Made by a program: the position numbers and the translations under genes
Virus record (IMG/VR): IMGVR_UViG_3300046734_000671
Coordinates: 6,438-70,437 of that record
Length of the DNA: 64,000 nucleotides
Origin: a virus
Direction: 5' to 3' (one strand)
The notes under the pieces: generated by a model
Seen by the model: only the letters and a program-made list of their open reading frames with translations
Told to the model about the DNA's origin: nothing
The model's database searches: none
Shown: piece by piece, positions 27,847-36,078 of the stretch
How positions within the stretch are numbered: the first letter of the stretch is position 1
How the letters are laid out: each line of letters begins with the position of its first letter

Positions 27847-29289
27847 TTAAAACGTAATGCTGCCATTGCCTGTGAAAGTATATACATAATATCCAGACCT
27901 ACTACTAGTACTTAGACTATATGTACCTGTAATTGTATTTGCGGCCTGTTGAGCAGCAATAATTACAATTCCATTGTTTCCTGCGGATGAAACCAAACTA
28001 CCGTTATTCCAGATTCCCCCCTTGCCTCCATTACCTACTACACTAGCGCCTCCTCCTGTTCCATAAGAGCCCATACTCACATCATAGCCTCCTCCAGCAC
28101 CGCCTCCTGCATAGTATGTTGCAACTCCAGTAATTGAAGATTGTTTTGCAGCTCCACCATTACCACCTAAAGCAGCGGTGCCATCTGTACCTGCTCCGCC
28201 GGCTCCGCCGCCCCCTCCAGCACCTTCATTCGAATAATCATCTCCACCGTTATTACCAAAACCTTTTCCACTATATGAAGCCTGTAATCCTAACCCTGGG
28301 CCGTCTGAAGCTCGACCAGCGCCGCCGCCGGAGCCTCCATTTAAAGCAGTTGATAAATCACTGCCAGTAAAGTTACCTACACCACCGCCACCACCGCCTC
28401 CCGTAGCAACATAAATATCAGACCCTCCAGTAGCAAAAGTACTATTACCACCTCTTGACCCAAGTGTATCCTGTGCTGTTGCAACTGCTCCTCCTGTTCC
28501 TACTGTAATATTATATGTAGTGCCCAAAGAAAATGCATATGAAGCATCTTCAACATATCCACCACCACCACCAGCACCGCCAGCAGAATGATTACCTCCT
28601 CCTCCGCCTGCAACCAGTAAAATTCCTGCAGTAACATCAAAGGTTAAACCAAAATCTACAAATCGAGTTGTAGTATTTGCTCCATCAGATGCACTTAATC
28701 TAGCTTTAAAGCTTCCAGCATGTGCTTGGTTATTACTTGCTGTAAAAGTATAAACTCCAGTACTTTGATTAATAGTAGTATCCGCCGATAATTGAGTAGG
28801 CCGTACATTACTTGCAGTTTTATATGCAATTCCGTATTGAATATCAAAACCTTCTGGATCTTGAGCTACCATTGTAACTGTGCTAGTACTGCCGCCGGTT
28901 AGTGTTTGCTGAGAAGTCGGAGGCTCTGTTAAAATTACTGGAGATTCATCTCCGCTATCAATTCTATCCCATGAAGAGCCCTTTCGCACATACAAAGCAT
29001 CTGTATCGTTTGCGTATGCTAAGTCTCCTTCGCTAGGGCTACCAGGAAATGCAGCAAAGTTTGCGTATACAGTTACTCCTGCACCTGACCCGCTACCAGA
29101 CCCGCTACCAGAAGGATTTGTTTGCACCCACTGATTTGAAGAACCATCTTGATAATATACAAAAGTTTTTAATACGCTAGGATCAAACCATAAATCACCC
29201 GCACTAGGACTAGTAGGTGCTGTTTCTGATACAGTTACAGATGCTCCACCACTACCTGAAACATATCTTATACTTGAATAAGTTGCCAT
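27847..29289 (-). CDS. Modular fibre/adhesin: PSAGDLW module, cadherin-like domain, Gly-rich domain
   Basis: Shared modules; unique N-terminus MATYSSIRY. Confidence 0.75.
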   Translation of the reverse strand: MATYSSIRYVSGSGGASVTVSETAPTSPSAGDLWFDPSVLKTFVYYQDGSSNQWVQTNPSGSGSGSGSGAGVTVYANFAAFPGSPSEGDLAYANDTDALYVRKGSSWDRIDSGDESPVILTEPPTSQQTLTGGSTSTVTMVAQDPEGFDIQYGIAYKTASNVRPTQLSADTTINQSTGVYTFTASNNQAHAGSFKARLSASDGANTTTRFVDFGLTFDVTAGILLVAGGGGGNHSAGGAGGGGGYVEDASYAFSLGTTYNITVGTGGAVATAQDTLGSRGGNSTFATGGSDIYVATGGGGGGGVGNFTGSDLSTALNGGSGGGAGRASDGPGLGLQASYSGKGFGNNGGDDYSNEGAGGGGGAGGAGTDGTAALGGNGGAAKQSSITGVATYYAGGGAGGGYDVSMGSYGTGGGASVVGNGGKGGIWNNGSLVSSAGNNGIVIIAAQQAANTITGTYSLSTSSRSGYYVYTFTGNGSITF

Positions 29290-32156
29290 TATCGCTCCGT
29301 TAATAACCAGCCTTGGGCTGCGTTATAGTATACCAATCCAAATGCAGCTCTAGCAGTAGATACTGTTAAGTCCTGCGTTGCTCCTTGAATTTTATGTCCG
29401 TTTCTTGCTATTGTAATACTATTTGTTCCGGCATTTCCTGTGCCATCTATAATTCTTACCTCGTCGCCTAATGTTGCACTTGTAGGTAAGGTTATAGTAA
29501 CTGCACTAGAAGTATCTACTATTAGATTATTTCCTGCCACTGCTGTATAAGAACTAGTTTTTTCTGTCCAGGTTGCAGCAGCTCCACTATTTGATACCCA
29601 ATCATAGTCACTACCGTTCCAGCTTAGTACTTCTCCAGTTGCCGCAGTACTTTTATTTAAGTGAGTATCTACATTTGCATTATTATACCCTCCTGCTGAA
29701 GATACTTCTTGTTGTACAAATGCTGTAGTTGCAAGCTGAGTAGTATTTGTTCCACTGCTTGCTGTAGGAGCAACTGGTGTTCCTGAAAATGTAGGAGAGT
29801 TTGCCGTTGCTGCATCTGTTATACCATAACCAGAAAGTGTTGTAGGTTTTCCTGATAAACTACTAAAAGCTCCATCAAAACCACTTTGGTCTATAGAACT
29901 TGGATTAGTTTGTACCCATTGATTAGAGCTGCCATCAGCATAATATACATATAACACAAGAGCATCATCATCAAACCATAAATCCCCTGCAGAAGGACTG
30001 CTAGGAGCGCTACCAGATACAGATACATTTGCTCCAGCACTAAATCCTGATATTGCTGATTGAACAAAAGCTGTTGTTGCAAACTGAGTTGTGTTTGTAC
30101 CGCTAGTAGCTGTGGGTCCTGAAGGAGTTCCTGTAAAAGTCGGACTAGCTAAAGATGCAGCATCTGTAATACCGTATCCTGTTAGTGTAGTGGGCTTACC
30201 TGTAAGGGAGCTAAATGTGCCACTAAATACTTCTGATTGATTTGCTAGCCGTACCCAATTACCTCCATGAGCAAAATAAGCAGCACCTGTAGCATGTACA
30301 TGAGCAAACATACCATGATATGTAGTAGCACTAGGAAGATTTGCAACCTGTGAAAACATATTTGCAAAATAAACTTTGCCTGTAGTAATAAAATCATTAC
30401 TGCCAATATCTGCATCTGCACCTGTAGTAAGTGCATCAGTAATACCATACCCTGCTACAGTAGTGGGTTTACCTGTAAGATTTGCAAAATTTACGCTTGC
30501 AGGGGGAGTATACGAAAATACACCCGTAGAATTATTATAGCTTAAAGCTCCTGTTCCGGAAGATGAGTTTTGTGTAACACTTAAATCAGTTAATTCAATT
30601 TTATTATTTACAAAAGCAGTTGTTGCAATTTGAGTACTATTTGTACCTGCTGTTGCTGTAGGGGCTGTTGGTGTTCCTGTGAGTGCTGGAGATGTTAGAG
30701 GTGCTTTTAAAGAAAGATTATTAGTAACTGTTGAAGCAAAACTAGCATCATCATTTATTGCTGCGGCTAATTCATTTAGAGTATCGAGAGCTCCGGGAGC
30801 AGAGTCAATTATTGCATCTATTTTTGCTTGTACATGAGACTCTTGTATTTGCCACTCAGGAACACCAGAAACAGTCAAAGTAATATGAGAAGTAGCAGAA
30901 TTAGAAGTTCCTGTAGAAGTATAAGTAAAACTTTTTACTTTTTTATCAAAAGCATTACCACTTGAACGAGTAAAAGAACTTTGGTTCATTACTTGAGTAG
31001 TATTATCGTGGTAAGTAACTACTCCAATTGTTGGGACATTTACTCCTGTACTACTAAATGCTTCTAAAAATAAAGGAGGGTCTATATCTACAGTGCCCGT
31101 TGGCAGTCCTGTCGAAAGAACTAGTCTGGTATCTGAAGCTCCTTGAGCAGGAATTGTAATACTACTAGAAGAATTTGAAACAAATCTACTGTCTAAGGGA
31201 GCTATTGTTGTTCCTGCTACCTGTTTGTATAATGCCCCGGAATTAGTATCTATCCAAATTTCATCAAATGCGGAGAAAGTAGTAGGAGCATTATCTTGAA
31301 AATATATTTTTTGAGACGTTCCTACTGCTTCTTGTACTTTACTAGTTACAAATGCTGTAGTTGCAAGCTGAGTAGTATTTGTTGCAAGTGCTGGAGTAGG
31401 CGCTGCAGCAACTCCTGTAAAACTAGGGGAAGCAATAGGAGCAGCATCAGTAATACCGTATCCTGCTAGTGTAGTCGGCTTACCTGTTAAAGCAGCAAAA
31501 GCACCACTAAAAGCATCCGTAATCCCATATCCTGCAACAGTATTAGGTTTATTTGTTACTTGTGCGAAAGATACGCTTGTTAGTGCATCGGTGATGCCGT
31601 ATCCAGATACTGTTGTAGGTTTATTTGTTAAATCAGCAAAAACACCACTAAAAGCATCCGTAATTCCATATCCTGCAATAGTAGTTGGTTTGCCAGTAAG
31701 AGCACTAAAGATTCCGTTAAAAGCATCCGTAATGCCATACCCAGATATAGTAGTAGGCTTACCTGTTAAAGCAATGAAAGAACCATTAAAAGCATCCGTA
31801 ATCCCATACCCAGATAAAGTACTAGGTTTATTTGTTACCTGAGCAAAAGATACAGTCGTTAAAGCATCTGTAATACCATAGCCTGCTAGAGTAGTGGGTT
31901 TACCTGTTAAATCTCCAAAGGAACCACTAAATGCATCAGTAATACCATAGCCAGCTATGGTTGTTGGTCTACTAAGTATATCTGAAAAAGAGGGAGTATA
32001 AATTACATACCCTAAATTATTCCAAGTAGTTGCTCCATCACCTATTTTAAACTTATCAGTATTAGTTTCATACCCTAGCTCACCTTGGCTCAAAGTAGGG
32101 TTAGTACTAGTCCAGTCTGCTGAAGTGTCCCGTCTTATTTGTATTCGTGCTACCAT
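29289..32156 (-). CDS. Tail fibre with Mtd/hyaluronidase-type N-terminal domain, 11 GYGITDA repeats and C-terminal T4 gp9/gp10-like domain
   Basis: RIQIRRDT..DW...NPTL..GELGYETNTDKFKIGDG..W; TITLPTSATLGDEVRIID...TNSITIARNG...LVY...GW. Confidence 0.8.
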   Translation of the reverse strand: MVARIQIRRDTSADWTSTNPTLSQGELGYETNTDKFKIGDGATTWNNLGYVIYTPSFSDILSRPTTIAGYGITDAFSGSFGDLTGKPTTLAGYGITDALTTVSFAQVTNKPSTLSGYGITDAFNGSFIALTGKPTTISGYGITDAFNGIFSALTGKPTTIAGYGITDAFSGVFADLTNKPTTVSGYGITDALTSVSFAQVTNKPNTVAGYGITDAFSGAFAALTGKPTTLAGYGITDAAPIASPSFTGVAAAPTPALATNTTQLATTAFVTSKVQEAVGTSQKIYFQDNAPTTFSAFDEIWIDTNSGALYKQVAGTTIAPLDSRFVSNSSSSITIPAQGASDTRLVLSTGLPTGTVDIDPPLFLEAFSSTGVNVPTIGVVTYHDNTTQVMNQSSFTRSSGNAFDKKVKSFTYTSTGTSNSATSHITLTVSGVPEWQIQESHVQAKIDAIIDSAPGALDTLNELAAAINDDASFASTVTNNLSLKAPLTSPALTGTPTAPTATAGTNSTQIATTAFVNNKIELTDLSVTQNSSSGTGALSYNNSTGVFSYTPPASVNFANLTGKPTTVAGYGITDALTTGADADIGSNDFITTGKVYFANMFSQVANLPSATTYHGMFAHVHATGAAYFAHGGNWVRLANQSEVFSGTFSSLTGKPTTLTGYGITDAASLASPTFTGTPSGPTATSGTNTTQFATTAFVQSAISGFSAGANVSVSGSAPSSPSAGDLWFDDDALVLYVYYADGSSNQWVQTNPSSIDQSGFDGAFSSLSGKPTTLSGYGITDAATANSPTFSGTPVAPTASSGTNTTQLATTAFVQQEVSSAGGYNNANVDTHLNKSTAATGEVLSWNGSDYDWVSNSGAAATWTEKTSSYTAVAGNNLIVDTSSAVTITLPTSATLGDEVRIIDGTGNAGTNSITIARNGHKIQGATQDLTVSTARAAFGLVYYNAAQGWLLTER
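31440..31975 (-). repeat. Eight tandem ~66-bp coding repeats (KPTTxxGYGITDA)
   Basis: Repeated GCATCxGTAATxCCxTA on the + strand. Confidence 0.9.
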
Positions 32157-34012
32157 TATGCAGAGCCCCCATCAAGAAATATTATCACATCACTAGATAC
32201 GCTTGTAGCAGTACCCCCATCAACTACAAAATTTACAGTACCTCCAGTACCGCCAACTCCTGATTGATTTACGTTACGAAAAGCGTTAGTAGAACTATCA
32301 TATGCGATTACTTGATTTTGCTGTGGACTAGTTATTGTTACATCTGTTAGTCCGCCTAAAGTTTGAGAACCTGCTTGCTGTTTAACAAACGCAGTTGTTG
32401 CTACTGTAGTATCATTACTTGTTGTAGCAGGGGTAGGTGCAGTGGGGGCCCCTGTAAAAGCAGGGTTAGACAAAGGAGCCTTCAATACCAAACTTTGAGT
32501 TATAGAACTTGCAAAATTTTCATTATCATTAAGTGCAGCTGCTAGCTCATTTAAAGTATCTAAAGTTCCTGGAGCTCCATCTACTAAAGTATTTATTTGA
32601 TTATTAACAAAAGTTTGAGTAGCAAAAGTGCTCAAGTCAGGAAATGTCATAGAGAAAACGCCACTGAGACTATTATAGCTTAGAACGCCATCTCCTGAGG
32701 GGGTTGAGTTAATAACAGATAAATCTGATCTATCTATTTTTAACTCGTTTAATACATAAGTATCTATAGAAGAGCTACTAAATAAAAATATTTCAGTAGT
32801 AGAAGTTGCTACACCTATTTTTATGGTTGTACTACTTTTTGTTTGAGTAACTCCACCAGAATTATTTAAGTATACAAGACTGCCAGACGTAAGATTTGAA
32901 AAACCATTAATAAGTCCGTGTATAGTTACTGGAACACTGTTAGGAGCAGTTCCTCCTGCCGCAGCAAATCCTACAAAACCTTCAGTTCCGTTTGTAGCAT
33001 TTACAATTCCTACTGTTCCATTTGAAAATAATTTTACGGGGTCCAAGAAAGAAACTTGCCCAGATACTTGGAAATTTTTTCTTAAAACCTCTGTAGCATT
33101 TTCAGCAAATCTTTCCTCTATAAGAGTGTTAGCAAAGTTTGCAGGAATTTCATTATCTTCTGTTCCTACGGAACTATTTAAGGGTAAAAGAACTCCGCCC
33201 CCAGAAGTTGAAGATAAAGAAGCTTCTCCAATTGTGATTGTACTACCAGAAAATACTGCATCTTTTACAAATAATTTATCAAATGCTTGATTTTGGCTTC
33301 CAAGATTTGCTGGGCGAACACTAATTGTATTGCCATTATCGTCCGTAAAAGTGCTGCTTATATTCCCTACAGGAAGAATATCACCTTTAATATGTAAATT
33401 ATTCCAAGCGTTGGAACTACTTCCTAAATTTTTTGTGAGCCCAGTGCGCGGAGCTAAGTCTACACTCAGACTTTGTAGTTCTGTTTGTACCCAGTTACTA
33501 TGTATAAAATACTGACTATTATCCCCTAAAGGGATAGATACGGCACCGCTTAACTGTATAGGACCTAAAAAAGTACCCCCCGATATTGACATTTTACTAG
33601 CAACTGCACTATTTGCTGTAGTGCCAGCAGCATTTGCAGCTCCTTGAGCATTTCCTATCTTTACATCTAAGTCGTGTGTAAAATATTTTAGTTCTTTTTC
33701 AAGACCTACAAGACCTTTCTTAAGAGAAGTAAAATTTGTATCAATTTCAGGTATTGTAAGCAGTTCTTCGTTCGGTTTATGAGGAACTGTTGTAGTTTGA
33801 TTATTTTCATGCTCGTACGACTGGTCAGTAACTTTTGTAACAACAGTTACATTTTTACTAACTTGTGCCTCCCACTCGCCCGTACCAAATGCCCCGCCCT
33901 GTTTATCATAGATATACTGAATTCCATTCCGGAGGACCGGAATGGAGTATTGATCAGCAGGATCTGCGTATGCAGGTACCGGCAATAAGGGAGATGTACG
34001 AGAATGAGCCAT
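32156..34012 (-). CDS. Proximal tail fibre / virion structural protein
   Basis: LTIPEIDTNF, LGS.S.AWNNLH repeats, APGTLDTLNELAAAL, LGGLTDVTITSP, terminal DGG-ending motifs. Confidence 0.7.
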   Translation of the reverse strand: MAHSRTSPLLPVPAYADPADQYSIPVLRNGIQYIYDKQGGAFGTGEWEAQVSKNVTVVTKVTDQSYEHENNQTTTVPHKPNEELLTIPEIDTNFTSLKKGLVGLEKELKYFTHDLDVKIGNAQGAANAAGTTANSAVASKMSISGGTFLGPIQLSGAVSIPLGDNSQYFIHSNWVQTELQSLSVDLAPRTGLTKNLGSSSNAWNNLHIKGDILPVGNISSTFTDDNGNTISVRPANLGSQNQAFDKLFVKDAVFSGSTITIGEASLSSTSGGGVLLPLNSSVGTEDNEIPANFANTLIEERFAENATEVLRKNFQVSGQVSFLDPVKLFSNGTVGIVNATNGTEGFVGFAAAGGTAPNSVPVTIHGLINGFSNLTSGSLVYLNNSGGVTQTKSSTTIKIGVATSTTEIFLFSSSSIDTYVLNELKIDRSDLSVINSTPSGDGVLSYNSLSGVFSMTFPDLSTFATQTFVNNQINTLVDGAPGTLDTLNELAAALNDNENFASSITQSLVLKAPLSNPAFTGAPTAPTPATTSNDTTVATTAFVKQQAGSQTLGGLTDVTITSPQQNQVIAYDSSTNAFRNVNQSGVGGTGGTVNFVVDGGTATSVSSDVIIFLDGGSA

Positions 34013-34017
34013 CTAAA

Positions 34018-36066
34018 TTATATAGTACTGTCCTGTAGCTGTACAGACCAAGTAATTTGCAGAGTATCTGCTGTTGCTTTGTTTACGGGGTCAAAAGTTG
34101 TACGGCAAAGCATAGTTTGCGAAATAGGCCCTTGAGTAAAACCGTACGCGTGTGCTGAAATGCTTTTACCTTGAGAAGTCAAAACTCCATCTACAGGACC
34201 AATATTAGTATCTCCATTTGCAGTAAGAGTAAGTTGAGTTCCACTAGTAGGAGCTACTAATCCAGTTCGAGAATCAATATGAGCCAGTTCATTTACAACT
34301 GAATCAGTTGGAGTAGTGTACGCGCGGTCGGCAACATCAAAAATACCTAGGTCTGCTCTATGCTTATTAAAGATTCCCGCTTCAGTAATCGGATAAACTC
34401 GATTTTGAGGAGCTCTCGTTACATCATTCGAAGTTTGATGAATCTTTTTATAGTCTACTTCTGGGCGAGGGTTATTCTCTTTAAAAGTAGCAACATATAC
34501 AATTCTGTCGCCATTTTTCTTTGCGCCCGCGACCGCATTTGGAGCATAAGAAGCTGCAGGATTATACTTTACAAAATCTTTAACTGCAGTGTTATATCGA
34601 GCAATAGCTTCACCCCCTGTTCCAGTTACTGTCAGCCCTCCGATTTGACCATAATCATTTTCTTCTTCGGGGTACCCTTCTGGCAGTGTGTTTTTGCCGT
34701 CTGCAATAATGCTAGAACCTATTAAGGCTCCTTGGAAGATACCATCTACTGCTGTTCCAAATTGAACGAATTCTGTTCCTCGTGTAGTTGGATTATTTGC
34801 TGTAGATCCTGCTGCAATAACTCCGGTCGTTCCTGAAGGCTTGTCCTCTTCAGCTCCTAAGAAAGGAAATCTTGCTATAGAAGTTGAGTCAGCTGAAGTA
34901 GTTCCATCTAAAACTGCAAAGGCTGCTTCATCTACAGTAGTCACGATACCAGAAGTTCCAAAACCAGTAGTTAGTGGGAGTCCGTTAGTATCTGTATTAA
35001 GTAATTCGATATTATACTCGATTTCTCTTTCATAAAAAGCACCAATCTGACCGCGAGTAATACCAAGCAATCCTTTTCCATTTTCTTTATAAGGATTTGT
35101 TGAGGTAAAAGTATTACCTCGTGCTTGAGCTGCCCCGAAAGGCCCCATAATACCAGGATTGGTTGTAGTAGCAGTTCCATTAGGCTGAAAAACTGACTTG
35201 ACACTCTCAGTTGTGGGATGATTTGGCATCAAAGAATTGGTACTGTAAGTAGTCAAAGAAATACGATCTACATAGTCTATATCAACATTAACTTTTGTGG
35301 AGTTACTTGCAGGAGTATGACTTCCTGGAAGTGCACCACTTAAAGTAATTTTACTAGCAGAAGAACTTTCTGTAATACCTGTTTCAATTGCTTCAATTTT
35401 TAATGGGCTAGCGAGCTGAGCACTCGTAGCATTAGAGTTAGGAGTAGACCCATCACTTGTAGCAGCAATACCACTAATTTGTAGACCTACACGAAGCTTA
35501 CTTAAAGTACTTGGGTTTCCTCCGCTTCCTGTTTCGAATCGAATAACACTTTTTCCGTTTTCTGTTGCATGCATAGGAACTGCGGCACTATTTGCATCAG
35601 TTGCTTGTGCTAGTGCTTGATTTTGTAAAGTAGCATAATCAGTGGCAAGAGTAGTGTCTTTCATTAGCTGAACTCGAAACCCTCTTTCATCTTGAAGCAT
35701 TTTATCATAAGATGCGGGAATCGCTGCCCTCTTTCTAGAAGACACTGTAGGAGCAGTACCAACATTGAAACCAGTATCTGTTACTCCGGGAATATTGTTC
35801 GGCAAAGAATCAAAATCTAATGCTTCGTAAGTATTTTGATCGTTTCGTGCGGCGGCTCCGATTCCGATTGCCATGTGGCTCATCATTCGGGGCATCTTAT
35901 GTAAACCTCCACGATCTTGCCCATCATCAATCATTCGACCGATAATATGAGCGATACCTGCACGAGTTACTTTATTTCGTATAGTTTTATGTTGCTTTAC
36001 CTTTCCGTCTGCATCACGAAGGACTAGGTTCACAACACCTTTTAATCGACAATCGTCTAAATACAT
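34018..36066 (-). CDS. Tail collar/baseplate-type structural protein with large insertions
   Basis: Motifs KGVVNLVL..N.VT.AG, MSHMAIG.G, YVATF, ITEAGIFN, MLCRT.F..VNK...DTLQITW of a compact phage fibre-anchor domain. Confidence 0.6.
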   Translation of the reverse strand: MYLDDCRLKGVVNLVLRDADGKVKQHKTIRNKVTRAGIAHIIGRMIDDGQDRGGLHKMPRMMSHMAIGIGAAARNDQNTYEALDFDSLPNNIPGVTDTGFNVGTAPTVSSRKRAAIPASYDKMLQDERGFRVQLMKDTTLATDYATLQNQALAQATDANSAAVPMHATENGKSVIRFETGSGGNPSTLSKLRVGLQISGIAATSDGSTPNSNATSAQLASPLKIEAIETGITESSSASKITLSGALPGSHTPASNSTKVNVDIDYVDRISLTTYSTNSLMPNHPTTESVKSVFQPNGTATTTNPGIMGPFGAAQARGNTFTSTNPYKENGKGLLGITRGQIGAFYEREIEYNIELLNTDTNGLPLTTGFGTSGIVTTVDEAAFAVLDGTTSADSTSIARFPFLGAEEDKPSGTTGVIAAGSTANNPTTRGTEFVQFGTAVDGIFQGALIGSSIIADGKNTLPEGYPEEENDYGQIGGLTVTGTGGEAIARYNTAVKDFVKYNPAASYAPNAVAGAKKNGDRIVYVATFKENNPRPEVDYKKIHQTSNDVTRAPQNRVYPITEAGIFNKHRADLGIFDVADRAYTTPTDSVVNELAHIDSRTGLVAPTSGTQLTLTANGDTNIGPVDGVLTSQGKSISAHAYGFTQGPISQTMLCRTTFDPVNKATADTLQITWSVQLQDSTI

Positions 36067-36078
36067 TTAATTTCTCCT

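Noticed and set aside
31440-31975. CRISPR-like array with ~66-bp periodicity
   Set aside because: The repeats are degenerate at codon third positions, in frame, and encode KPTTxxGYGITDA fibre repeats; no unique spacers or cas genes.
18030-32156. Diversity-generating retroelement (Mtd-like N-terminal domain plus near-identical 3' repeats at 18040-18116 and 20708-20783)
   Set aside because: No reverse transcriptase in the window. Both repeats are coding ends of paralogues, and the mismatches I inspected are synonymous third positions rather than adenine-specific. Mtd_N is only the anchoring domain.
16682-34012. Invertase/shufflon-type fibre switching
   Set aside because: All genes are co-oriented and complete with their own starts; no recombinase or inverted crossover sites seen.
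34018-36066. Intein explaining the large insertion
   Set aside because: No C/S-start and HN-C/S/T junction or LAGLIDADG motifs recognised.
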